From NCBI GenBank assembly GCA_951406725.2, contig OX597814.1, positions 138,322,001 through 138,386,000 on the forward strand: a stretch of 64,000 nt of DNA. The letters are read 5' to 3'. Origin of the DNA: Octopus vulgaris. Lineage: Eukaryota. The translations under genes and the position numbers were made by a program. This document shows, one piece after another, positions 1-12,515 of the stretch; within the stretch, counting starts at the first letter, position 1, and each line of letters begins with the position of its first letter. Below the pieces are notes generated by a model. It was not told where the DNA came from, did not search any database, and saw only the letters and a program-made list of their open reading frames with translations.

Positions 1-7
1 TGATGGG

Positions 8-38
<31 letters not shown>

Positions 39-59
39 TACATACACACACACACACAT

Positions 60-110
<51 letters not shown>

Positions 111-575
111 GGAGTAAACACATAAATGTGAAACAAGGTGGAAAAAAGAGTACTCAAATACCAGTGGTAGAGTAATATGCTTTATTTAAAGCAGCAGAAA
201 ATTTTCTGCTGCTTTAAATAAAGTATATATATATATATATATATGCATACATACATACATACATATACACGCACACACATGTCATCATCATTATCATCAT
301 ATAACATCTGTTGTCCATACTGGCATGGGTTGAATGGTTTGTCAAGCTTATCAGCTTTGGTTAAACCATCCAACCCATGCCAGCATGGACAAGGGATGTT
401 AAATGATGATGGAACAAGTAGAATTAGATACCTTGCTCAGTGAATTAATTTCAGTATATTTCCTGCACTTCTTTTTAACCAGCCTCAGCAAGATTTGAAC
501 TCAGAGCAGAATGATCCAAAATTGTATACAATGGTGGCACCAAGCCATGAATGGTTGGTATTTTATTTATTTTAT

Positions 576-665
576 GTACAAGTTTCAGCAGTACATATTT
601 TAAAATTGGAATGATACAGAGAAAATTAACCTGGTTAATCCTGTGCAAATTTATGAAATTCATAT
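576..665 (+). pseudogene. U6 snRNA retro-pseudogene
   Basis: gtttcagcagtacatattttaaaattggaatgatacagagaaaattaac follows the U6 5' half with the ACAGAGA box intact (616-622). The AGC triad is mutated to AAC and part of the ISL is deleted (cctgtgcaa joined to atttatgaa). No recognisable PSE/TATA upstream. Confidence 0.8.
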
Positions 666-823
666 GTACTCCAGCATGGCCACAGTCCATCAAATGAAAC
701 CACTAAAAGAATAGTTCTGGAGAAATGAAAGGCAAATTTGACCTGGCAAGATTTGAACTCAGAATGTAGAGAGTTGGAATTAAACACTAAAAGGCATTTA
801 GTTAGTATTATTACAGTTTAACT

Positions 824-1040
824 AAGGTGGCAAGCTGGCAGAATCGTTAGCATGCTGGGTGAAATGTTTTGCAGTATTTTGTCTGTTTTTACATTCTGAG
901 TTCAAATTCCATCAAGGTCAACATTACCTTTCATCCTTTTGGGGTTGATAAATTAAATACCTGTTGCATACTGGGTCGATCTAATCAACTGTCCCTCCTC
1001 CCCCAAAATTTCAGGCCTTGTGCCTATAGTTGAAAGGATT
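824..1040 (+). mobile_element. SINE family A (tRNA-like head gagctggcagaa..gagttcaaattcc); many copies, e.g. 7835-8045 (-), 8732-8955, 26262-26473, 34062-34290 (-), 43134-43319 (-), 52487-52700, 57956-58170 (-)
   Basis: Repeated roughly 210-bp unit with Pol III A/B boxes. TSDs visible, e.g. ctttagcattcagatt at 43118-33 and 43320-35. Confidence 0.85.
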
Positions 1041-1186
1041 ATTACAGTTCAGTTTCCTAAGTCAACAAATGTTAGTTTTAAATTTTGGCACAAAGTCAGC
1101 TGTCTTTTGGGAATAAGCAATTCAATTACATCAGCCATTAGTGCTCAACTGGTACTTATTTTATTGGTCTCTAAAAGATGAAAGGT

Positions 1187-1439
1187 GGAGGCACGTGGCG
1201 TAGTGGTTATGTCAGCATCATGATCGTAAGATTGTGGTTTCAATTTCTGGACTGGGCGACACGTGTTCTTGAGCAAAACACTTCATTTCACGTTGCTCAA
1301 GTCCACTCAGCTGGCAAAAGTGAGTAACGCTGCGATGGACTGGTGTCCCATCCAGCTGGGGAACACATATGCCTTGGAAACCGGGCCCATGAGCCCTGGC
1401 TTGGCTTTAAAAAAGGGCGCATTTATTTATTTTTTTTTA
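1187..1439 (+). mobile_element. tRNA-derived SINE with CORE-like and V-domain-like segments, inserted into another SINE
   Basis: 14-bp TSD aaaagatgaaaggt (1173-86, 1440-53). A-box tggcgtagtgg, then tgttcttgagcaaaacactt and ctgcgatggactggtgtcccatccag. Relatives at about 2186-2460 and 63560-63720 (-). Confidence 0.8.
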
Positions 1440-2104
1440 AAAAGATGAAAGGTAAAGTTGACCTTGGTGGAATTTGAACTCAGAACGTAAAGACAGATCA
1501 GATGCTGCTAAGTGCTTTACCCAGCATGCTAATGATTCTGCCAGCTCACCTAAATGAACAGATATTTAGAAATGTACAGTTTATAACTTAAGAATTTGAA
1601 AGAAAATAAATTAAAACTAGACCCCAAATTTGATACATAAGTAACACTTCTAAGCTAATAATTTAATTAGTTTTCTAGCTCAGTAACTTGACTGATTAAA
1701 GAAATATATCTTTAATATTAAGAGTGGTGTAGTCTGATGTATCTAAGTTATGTAAATATATAAATAAATAAATATATGAATAAAATGTAATTCAATTTTG
1801 AATGTAAAACAAAACCTAGTTAGCATACTGAGATGCTGACTTTTCATTTATTTTTTATAGGGCAAAGGGGAAAATATTTAAATTATGGTTAGAAGCCTGA
1901 TTTATAGTGTCATTTACAGGAAAATTTTATTCATATTTTCAAATTAACAGCATAGCTTTCTGACAAGTTCTACACCCAGTAACTTGAATATAGAATTGAA
2001 CGTGTAAAATTTCTATTTGGGATCTCAGAATTTTATCTTGGTATCTTTGACTAAGCCATTTGCTGCAGGAGAGGACATTAGCACTTACAGTCACAAGGTT
2101 TTCA

Positions 2105-2150
<46 letters not shown>

Positions 2151-2479
2151 AGTGAGAGAGAGTGTGTATATTAGTTAACCAAAGTAGGAAGGCATGTTGC
2201 CTAGTATCTAGTATTTAGTGCATTGCACTCATAATCACAAATCATGGTTTTGGTTCCTGGGCCAAGTGGTGCATTGTGTTCTTGAGCGAAACACTTCATT
2301 TCACATGGCTCTAGTCCATTTATCAGTAAATGAGTAACCCTGCAATGGACGTGTATCCCATCCAGGGAGATTGCTGTGTTCTCAGTCACTTACAAGTTTT
2401 GCCATGAAATCTGGCTCCATGAGTTGCCATGTAAGCTGGCTCCATGAGTTGTTGGGTTCAAGACGGTAAGGTCCAAGAG

Positions 2480-3148
2480 TTGATGATGAAAGTAGGACGT
2501 GTTTGTGACCTTTTGCAGGCCCACACAGACTGTGTCAGTAGGTGTTACTGATGTTTGCTTTAAACATCTCTAGGTTGTTAGTTGATGAAAGGCCAAGAGG
2601 TGGGTGTGCCTAGTTTCTGGGTGGAGGATCTATGCAGCTTTCTAATTCAGAATGACAGAGACTGTTGTAGTAGCAGTCCAATAAACAGAGAGGACAAACA
2701 GTGCATCTGTGGGTCAATAGTTGTTGAATATTAGTGAATGAGCATTTACCATTCAGCTAAAATACTTTATTTTGAACATAGCCAAAGAAGTGTATGTATT
2801 TAACAAGTAACACTGTTCCTGGTATATAGGCAGTCCTTCGTTGTGTAATATGGATTATTGTTATTGCATAGAGTAATAATATCAGGTAGCTGAAAGAATG
2901 GCCACATGTCAGGGGAGAAGCAGAAAGTGAGAGGTCTGCTAATGTTCTGTAATATGAGGATCAGAGGTGTGAGGTATTTTGGTTGCAAAGCAGTGTGTAA
3001 GTATGAATCAAGATGTCATTTGTGAGAATTCTCTTTGTAATCTTAGTGAACTGATTCACCCTCAGTAATTCCAGGAAGAAGGAAATATAAAAATGTTATG
3101 AGAGGTTAGTGAACGAGAAAATGCTAGAGAAAGAGTGAGAGAGAAAGG

Positions 3149-3180
<32 letters not shown>

Positions 3181-4120
3181 AGGGAGATAGATAGAGAAAG
3201 TGAGAGATAGAGAGAGAGAAAGAGAAAGAGAGATAAAGAGAGAGATAGAGAAAGAGAGATAGAAAAAGAGAGAAAGGGAGATAGATAGAGAAAGTGAGAG
3301 AGATAGAGAGAGAGAGAAAGAGAGAGAGAGAGGGAAGCAACTACAAAGGTTTCAAACTGACATACTAAATTATGAAAGTAATGGAGAGAGTTATAAATAA
3401 TTAGGAAGTAAAATTAGCTTATTGAAATCAAATTTGATGACTGGCATCCGTGCTAGTGGAGCACTAAGAGCACCATCCAAGCATGATCGTTGCCTGAGCA
3501 GCTAACTGGCATCTATGCTGGTGGCACGTAAAATGCACCATTCGAGCGTGATTGTTACCAGCGTTGACTTACTGGCACTTGTGTTGGTGTGCAGGTGGCA
3601 CGTAAAAAAAACACCATTTGGGCATGGCTGTTGTCAGAACTGCCTGACTGGCCCTCGTGCTGGTGGCACATAAAAGCACCCACTACACTCACTGAGTGGT
3701 TGGCGTTAGGAAGGGCATCCAGCTGTAGAAACTCTGCCAGATCAAGATTGGAGCCTAGTTTGTTAGTCCTCAGGCAAATCGTCCAACCCATGCTAGCACG
3801 GAAAGCGGACGTTAAACGATGATGATGATGATGTTGAAACGTAGTTTGGATTTGAACCGGGAAAGATTCAAATCCAAACTGAAGTACTCTTTCTTGTGAG
3901 GCAACTACAGGAGAATTCCTTAGGTACAAGCAAATTACTATTCCTAACATTTGTTGTGTTGAGAAGGTTTTGATAGGCCACTATGTTCTGTGATTTGGTA
4001 GTTGCTAAGAAAATACATGTAATTTGAAGACCTTGTGAAAACAATGCTTGGCACATAGGTGATGCTGTTAGACAGGTGAGAGCTAATAAGTTTGGTAAAG
4101 AACACAGGTAGGGCTCCATT
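2480..4120 (-). mobile_element. Very decayed LINE (CR1/Jockey-like) interrupted by (GA)n and an (ATG)n-tailed element
   Basis: Weak RT-like remnants on the minus strand (FLSNYQ..., VP.. near 3920). Similar sequence occurs on + near 30700-31050. Confidence 0.35.
3108..3338. repeat. (GA)n/(GATA)n purine tract; one of dozens of microsatellites ((TA)n, (CA)n, (TACA)n, (TAA)n, (ATG)n, (GGT)n at 35884-36060)
   Basis: Directly visible simple repeats. Confidence 0.95.
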
Positions 4121-4149
4121 GATGCTCAACTCTCAACCCTTTGGGGCTA

Positions 4150-4815
4150 TAGCAGAATTTTGAGACTAGCTGCTCATGGGAGCTTCTGTGCACTTATGAC
4201 CTAGTTCTCATTGCTGAAACCATTGAAGAATTAGGGTACAAATTGCAAATGGGGAAGTAAACCTAGAAGTGAGAGGTATCAAAGTGAATTTAGCAAAGAT
4301 AAAAGTTTTAGTCAGCAAGAAAAAAGTAAGAATTTAGACTGCCATCTGGGAAATGGCTTTGCTTAACATGCAAAAATGAGTAAGTAGGAGTGCCATAAAG
4401 TGTGCCTGTTGTAAATTATGGGTGCATAAGAGATACTGTGGAATCACAGGCTGGCTGACAGAAAAGATGGACTTGATATGCAGCAGATGTGCAGGAGCAA
4501 TTAGAAAATTTCTTTAATATGCCCAGAAGGTTCCCTAAAAGTAGTTGTTAGCTTCTGTTATTTAGGTCACTAAATTTACAGTGGAAGAGGGAATTCAGAA
4601 TGCATAAGTATTTTTAAGTTTAAAGAGCCATTATATCTGCAGGCAACAAAGAGATTCTTTTTCTGATTAAAGAACAGATTGCATGATGTGGCTTGATAGT
4701 GAAATATTGGCAGTAAATGCAGATGTGCAAAAGTTGTAAAGATATGAGGTGAGCTTGCTCCACTGAATATGTGATGCTAATATGTATGAATAATGGAAGG
4801 CAGTGAGCTGGCAGA
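4150..4815 (+). mobile_element. Decayed RTE-clade LINE RT fragment
   Basis: DDLVLIAETIEEL, LEVRGIKVNLAKIKVL, WVHKR zinc-finger remnant and SFCYLG; many stops. Confidence 0.65.
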
Positions 4816-6940
4816 ATCATTAGTACATTCTGAGTTCAAATTCTGCCAACATCAACTTTGCCTTCCATCCTTTCAGGCTCGATAAAATAAGTACCAGTCA
4901 AGCACTGGGATTGATGTAAATGACTAACCCTCTCCCTGAGCCTGATTTCAGTGAATGTTAAAGGGGTGCCGAAACTCACACTGAACTGCTATGACAGACT
5001 TGTTATTCTTCACATCACTTTTATAGGCAAACACACAATGCTCTATCATCCACAGCATCATAGCTTCACCTGAAAAGAAAAAAATGCTAAGACACCACCA
5101 ACCGAAAGGTACCTGATGGACATATGTCCCTCCCACTGGGGCTGAGTAAATAGCCCTTTCAAAAATGTTCGTACTCTTTGCCCCACCCTGTGCTACAACC
5201 CAAGTTGACCAAAGTCTTGTGAGCAGATCTGGAAGCCTGAAACTGAAGTAAGCCTGTGGTTATGAAGTTAAGATGCTGGTCAATTAATTACAACTTAAAA
5301 TCTTGCATCTGCAGTCATTGTATTGTGTTGTTGAATAAAAACACATTACTCAGCTGTTTGTTTCATTTTGCCTGACTGAATGGAAAACAGGTTCCAGCTG
5401 AGTGGCTAGTTAGGTGTAGCAAAGAGATTCAGCTGTATAAACAATTGCTTTCACAAACAAACCATCTTAAATGCATGCGCAGTACTGTACATGCATGCAC
5501 GTGGAGGAAACGGTTGTAAAAACAACATCCCATCCCACACTCACCTAAAAACACATCTCTTGTTTTATCTACAACATACCACTTCTGTAAATATTGGCAC
5601 ATGGCCAATGTTTACAGGGATGAGCTTACTGTCATAAAACAAAAATTAACAGAAAACAAATGAATAATTGTGACAGACGTGGCTGTGTGGGTAAAAAGTT
5701 TACTTAGCAATCGCAAGGTGCTAAGTTCAATCAACACCATTGTGCAGCATGTTGCAGCAAGTGTCTTTTATTATTACTTCATGTTGACCATTGCTTTGTG
5801 AGTGAAACTTGGTTGGTGGAAAATTGTCAAGTGCAAGTGTGTGTATGTATGTATGTATGTATGTTTGTATGTATGTATGTATGTATGTATGTATGTATGT
5901 ATGTATGTATGTATGTGTGGATGTATGTAAATATGCATGTATATATGTGTATGCATATATGTATGCATGTGTGTATATATATATCTATCCATCCATACAT
6001 CCATCTGTCTATCCACTGTCTGTCTGTCTGTCTGTCTATCTACTAATGCCTTTTTTTCCATTATGGGGTTTTATGTGCCATAATATTAGACTATTTTCTA
6101 GAGTCAATATACAAACTTATAATTCTATTTACCAAATTTTCACTTGCCGCCATTTACTAATTCACCCCCAACCCCCCCACACACATTTTATCCTTACTTG
6201 TTTCAGTCATTGGGTTGGAGCATGCCTTGAAGGGTTTAGGTGAATAAATCACTCCCAGAACTTATTTTTTGAGTCTGCCTCTTCCTCCTCCTCTTTTTCT
6301 TCCTCCTTCTCTTTCTCTTCATGCTTCTCTTTCTCTTCCTCCTCCTCCTTCTCTTTCTCTTCCTCCTCTTTCTCTTCCCCTCCTCCTTTTCTCCTCCTTT
6401 TCTCCTCCTCCCCCTCTTCCTCATCATCAACACCACTGCCACTTCCACCACCACCACCACCACCACTACCACCACCTCCATAAGGCTATAGCAGAAGACA
6501 CTTGCCCTAAGGTATCATGGTAGTGAGACTGGATCCAAAACCATGTAGTTGGGAAGCAAATTTCTTACCACACTCCACACTTTAAAAAATTTTTGTTTTA
6601 AATTTTTAATGTACCTCTCGCTGATATTTTTAAAATTCCATTTTCCATGGTTGTGTAACCATACTTCCCTATAAAAGCATGGATGAAATGGTTTAAGAAG
6701 TTTAAGATATTTTTCTTATGAATTATAGGATCTTATGTTTTACAGTTGGCTAACTACCTTCACCAGTAGTAGAAGTAGGTATTTCTTTTTTAGTTAAGTT
6801 CACTGGGTCAGACAAAATCGTGTACCTTGTCCAGTGGCACAATGCTATAGTGATACCAGTCATGGCATTTAACCCATTTCTGTTCATATTACTCTGTCAA
6901 ATGTAATGCTTATTTTATTCACATTATTTTGAATTAATTA

Positions 6941-7420
6941 CTGTAAATCTTCGAGTATAATCCACATTTTTTCCCCAAAATTTAAAGTTCAAAATCCCTA
7001 GTGCGTACTATATACGAGGTTAAAAATCAAAATTATTTTCTGAGCAATGTCTGAGTCTCTATTTGCTGTCCAGCAATGTTTATTCAAGTGCATTTTGTGA
7101 TGTCGGGCATGAAAATACCTTAAATCATCCATAACTTGCAGTAAGCAACATTTATTAAATGTTAATACTGTTATTTCTTTATTTTCTGCAAACAAAATGC
7201 ACAAAAAAGCTATACGTTTGCATTATGTTATATATACAATAATAATAAAGAACGTTACTGTATAAATTTTTACAAACCAAGGACATTATGTAGACCTCCT
7301 TGACTCAAGTTAGAGAAGGGGTGCGTATTATACACAAGGTTTAGGTTTTTCAGAGGTACAGCCCTCTAAAAATCCCCTGTGTATTATACTCAAGGGTGGA
7401 CTATACTCGAGGATATACGG
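6941..7420. mobile_element. Tc1/mariner (Tc2-like) MITE
   Basis: TA-flanked. TIRs ctgtaaatcttcgagtataatcca / tggactatactcgaggatatacgg. Nested inside a TTAA-bounded MITE (about 6869-7570). Confidence 0.8.
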
Positions 7421-8151
7421 TATTCAATATCTTGTAGCTTTGAAAGTTTGGTTGTTTATTCTTAGAATGACATTGTAGGGTAGGTGTGACAAGTCAGGCC
7501 TGGCCAGTTTGAACATAAAGCAGATAGAATACTTGGGCTGGATACGGTCAGTTTAAATGTTAAAGGCTTAAATTTCTATCAGGTTAGTAGGTCACTATCA
7601 TTAGTAATGTAATGTAGCTTACTGGATATCAATGTTCTGAAAGTGGAAGATTCTTTCTCTTAACTTGTGTGTGTGTGTGTGTTAAGTATTAACACTTTGC
7701 AAGAGACAAAGTTATTATACAATATACACATTCATTTATATTCTTAAGACTACATACATACATACATATGCACATACATATCTATACACACACTCACACA
7801 TATACATATATACCTACATACACACATAGATAGTGGGTTCAAATTTTGGTACAAGGCTAGCAATGTTGGGGGAGGGGTTAAGTCAGTCATATTGACCCTA
7901 GTGTTCAACTGGTACTTGTTTTATCAACCTTGAAAGAATGAAAGGCAAAGTTGACCTTGGTGGAATTTGAACTCAGAACTTAAAGATGGACAAGATGCTA
8001 AGCATTTCGCCTGGTGCACTAGTGATTCTGCCAGCTCACTGCCCTGCATGCACATATATAAATATTAGCATCCATAAATAAACATGTACATGCATTGTAG
8101 GATTAAAAATCTAGATTGCAGATCATACGGTGTTAAATTAATAATAGTTGT

Positions 8152-8199
<48 letters not shown>

Positions 8200-8203
<4 letters not shown>

Positions 8204-8392
8204 CATATTTTTAACACATATAACATACAGAAAATTGCACTACTAGGCACTGCACACATCCTACGCAGAACACTTTCCGTACAATAACCATCAGAGCATC
8301 ACAACAAATCACAGCACATACCCAAGGCACACAGAGCTGTGCTCGGTAGTGAAGTGAAAGCACGATATAAAAAATATACTACTGAATAATAA
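8200..8392 (+). mobile_element. Short Dong/R4 3' end in (TAA)n
   Basis: NTYNIQKIALLGTAHILRRTLS plus the same 3' UTR as 33650-33748, flanked by (TAA)n. Confidence 0.85.
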
Positions 8393-8999
8393 TGATAATA
8401 ATAATAATCATGTTCTCTGTAGATGAACATCATCAGTTACTTGTATCCTGAATTCCTTCTCTTGCATTGCTCTTGGTGGGTCACTCTTTAGTAGAGCAGA
8501 TTCTTCAACTAGTTGATCAATAAATGTTCTGGCAGGATAACCCCTTAGGGCACTTTCCATGCATTGATTCTCATATCAGCATTTGACTCACTACTTCATT
8601 CACAGAATCCTTTCAGGGTCGATAAATTAAATAGCAGTTATGTACTGGGGTCGATGTAATCAATTGGTCCCCTCTCCCCAAATTTCAGGCCTTGTGCCTA
8701 TAGTAGAAAGGATTATTATTATTATTATTATTAAGGCGGTGAGCTGGCAGAATTGTTAGCAAGCTGGGCGAAACGCTTAGCAGTATTTCATCTGTCATTA
8801 CATCCTGAGTTCAAATTCCAATGTGGTCGACTTAGCCTTTCATCCTTTCAGGATCGATAAAATAAGTACCAGTTGAACACTGGGGTTGATATAATTGACT
8901 TGACTCTTCCCCTTCTCCCAAATTGTTGCCCTTGTGACAAAATTTGAAACCATTATTATTATTATTATATGAAAACTCACAGCTTATTTTGCTGGATAT

Positions 9000-10055
9000 G
9001 ATGAAAAGTGTCAGCTGTCCACAGCCAGCAGAGTAAGGTGACACTTGTTTACTGGTCATGCTTCAAGAACCCTGCAAAGAATTCTTGCAGTTCTAAACAA
9101 TACTGATTTTTGTAGGTGTTCTGCCTTCACACTTGCACCAATCTGTTTAACCCATGTCTGTCTGTTGAAAATGGGCATAAAACAAACAAATGAATGAATA
9201 TGTACATGGCTTCCTTGTCTATATTCTTCCTAATGTATCTCTTTCAAATTGCTTAATCCTGCACATTTAGGACCAAGCCCTCTGTATCTCCATACAAAAT
9301 TTCTTTCTGTAACCACTGGAATGACTTCTCATCATGACACACTTCCTCTGTTTTGAAAAATACTTTCACTGTAAAGGTTTTCTCTTCATATTGTTACTTT
9401 TTAACTCTGAGGACTTCTTTCTCTCATTCTTTCAGCAAACATCTATCCTCTTTCTGCTATCAAAAGCACCTCATCGCTGTCAGCATTGTGCTTCCTTAAA
9501 CTCTTTATCTGTATTCTAAAACAGTTTTCTACACTTATCAGACCTTACCCGCCAACTCTTCCGTTAAAATGTAATCTATCAACATCTGCCTGTGAGTGTA
9601 AGGCTTTGTAAATTATCTTATTTTCCTATCTCAATATCTTCCTCGATATCTTCTTTGTCCATTTTGTCTTTTTTCTTACTCTGTATCTGATAAAAGATAC
9701 TGCTCTTGAATTTATTCCAGTGAATTTTGATTTTAATTTCCTCTTTACGCTTTAAAAATATTCTTTCATGATTTTGTCTTTTTTCATTCCATCCTTTTCA
9801 CCATCAGATTTCAAAACTCCCTGATATTTATGTCCATCATCTGTATTGTATCAAACTCTTGTATCTTCTCATTTGCTAGATTTATTCCGTCACTTTTATG
9901 GCATTTCCCATTTTTTCATCAAAAGGATCACTTGCCTGGAAATACCAAATTCTATTTTGGTTTCATTATTAAAGATTTTCACTTAATTGATAAAAATATC
10001 CAGTTCTTTCTTAGCCTTTTTGTTTTCACCCATTCAGTTTCATTTAAACCCCTGT
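9000..10055 (-). mobile_element. Old, decayed Dong/R4-type LINE fragment
   Basis: Broken minus-strand frames give KYQGVLKSD, YKALHSQADVDRLHFNGRVGG*GLISVE and QKSVLFRTARILCRVLEA*, homologous to the 50498-51613 ORF. Confidence 0.7.
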
Positions 10056-10911
10056 AAATTAAGTGCCATCTTGGTGGAAAATAAAAGAAATCATCATCAT
10101 TGTTGTCGTCACCACCACCACCACCACCACCACCACCAATAAAATGCATGTAGTACACTGTGTAAAGTGTTTAGTGATAAACAAGGAATCCATCTGAGAG
10201 GAACATCCCCAAAATGGAATATACAAGTAAGATGTGATCCCTTACCCATCTTGGTGGGAAATAGCTCCCAGGGACAAGAACTGGTTTGGTTTGTGACAAG
10301 CCATCCACTCATGTCAGCAGGAAACGATCTTGATGATGGTGGTGGTGGTGGCAATGGCAGTAATGGTGGTAATGGTGGTGGTGGTGATGACGATGATGAT
10401 GATGATGATGATGTCACTGTCACTACTGCAGCTGCAGCTGTCACTACTGATGAAATGGTTTCAAATCTAGCTGCGGGACTGACTTTACCTATCATTCATT
10501 TTCAGAGTTGATAAAATTGATACCAGTCATACACTGAGATTACATTCAGATCGATTTTACTTACACTGTCTCCTCGTTTCCTTGTACCAGAGTAAGAAAT
10601 TAGTTGTCACCAATACCATTCCCACCAGCACCACCACCATCATAACAGTGTCATTCTCATCACCAGACCATCGTCATCCCTATTACCACAGCGATTCCAT
10701 CACACCACTTTCACACCCCCTACCATACCGCTATCACTCTCATTACCACTGTCATTATTATAATTATTAATTGGTGAAAAATAGACGTGAAGCATGTCTG
10801 TGTGTCTGTTGTCATAAGTGATATGTGGGAATATATGTCATAACTTTTATATATTTTGCTCTAAGTTATATATGTGTTTATTGCATGTGTATGTGCGTGT
10901 GAGTGAGTGCA

Positions 10912-10948
<37 letters not shown>

Positions 10949-11435
10949 GAGAAGGCTAGGGATTTGGAGAAAGCAGCTATTATAGTTAATTAACCAGGAT
11001 ATTTGAAATATTGTGTATTCAACATCTACTCTCTGCTTCCCATCTCCTTCTCCATAAACATACTTAAACACACGCACATCTGTATGTACATTCATGCATG
11101 CGTACATATATGCATACATACATACATACATACATACATACATACATACATACATACATACATACATACATACACACTAGCTCATTTGTCTGCATGCTGA
11201 ATATGCATATACTTTCTCACACACATGTGCACACACATGTACTAACACACATACACACACTAACTCATATATTCGCATACTCTCATGTATACATATATAT
11301 TGATAAATATACATACCAATGTATATTCTGACCCACATTGTTATTATTATCAATTACTTATATTCACCACAGATAATATTAACAATACTGTCTTTCTTCG
11401 AGTGTTTACATTTGAATTTTACTCATAAATATATA

Positions 11436-11958
11436 CCATAAATCCTCGAGTATAGTCCGCTCTTGAGTATAATACGTAGGGGATTTTTAGGGGACTGTAC
11501 CTCTGAAAAACCTAAACCTTGTGTGTAATACCTGAAAAACCTAAACCGTGTCTAACTTGAGTCAAGGAGGTCTATATAACGTCCTTGGTTTGTAAAAACG
11601 TATACGGGAACGTCCTTTATTATCATTGTTCATATAATATAATGCAAATGTGTAGCTTTTTTGTGCATTTTCTTTTTGCAGAAAATAAAGAAATAACAGT
11701 AATGACAGTAATAGCGTTTAATAAATGTTGTTTACTGCAAGTTATGGATGATTCTTTTATGACTTCATTGCATTCAGGCTTAGCTTAAAGTATTTTCGCG
11801 CTCAACATCACAAAATGCGTCTGAATAAGCATTGCCAGACAGCAAATAGAGACTCAGACATTGCTTAGAAAATGATTTTCATTTTTAACCTCATACGCAC
11901 TAGGGATTTTGACCTTTAAATTTTGGGAAAAAAAATGCGGATTATCGAGGATTTACGC
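11436..11958. mobile_element. Second copy of the same Tc2-like MITE, in opposite orientation
   Basis: TA-ccataaatcctcgagtatagtccgc ... gcggattatcgaggatttacgc-TA. The body is the reverse complement of 6941-7420. Confidence 0.8.
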
Positions 11959-12181
11959 TATATAATATACATATAAGTCCTGGGGTCGATTTTTTTTTTG
12001 ACTAAAAGCGGTGCTCCAGTATGGTTGCAGTCAAATGACTGAAACAAATAAAAGAATATATACACACACACAAATATATGAGGAGTACTCAAAAGTTCCT
12101 AGCTTTAAGGGTATCACAAAAGGCCTGGCTGGAAGTCCAAACTTCCAAGTTCTTTTACAGGGCGTAGAAAGACAATAAGTG

Positions 12182-12218
<37 letters not shown>

Positions 12219-12479
12219 ATTCTTTTATTCTTTTATTTGTTTCAGTCATTTGACTGTAGCCATGATGGAGCACCACCTTTAGTCAAGCAAATCGACCCCC
12301 CACCACCCAGGACTTATTCTTTGTAAGCCTTGTACTTATTCCATCAGTCTCTTTTGCCAAACTCCTAAGTTATGGGGTTTTAAACACACCAGCATCGGTT
12401 GTCAAGCGATGTTGCGGGGAACAAACACAGACACACAAACATATATACACACACACACATACATACATACATACATACA

Positions 12480-12515
<36 letters not shown>

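Noticed and set aside
576-665. Functional U6 gene
   Set aside because: The catalytic AGC triad and ISL are disrupted, there is no oligo-T terminator, and no promoter elements are visible.
824-915. tRNA-like A/B boxes
   Set aside because: These are SINE heads. No complete cloverleaf, so no true tRNA gene is called in the window.
5472-5497. Palindromic gcatgcgca (NRF1-like) motif as a promoter
   Set aside because: It sits in what looks like a degenerate retroelement tail, with no other promoter evidence.
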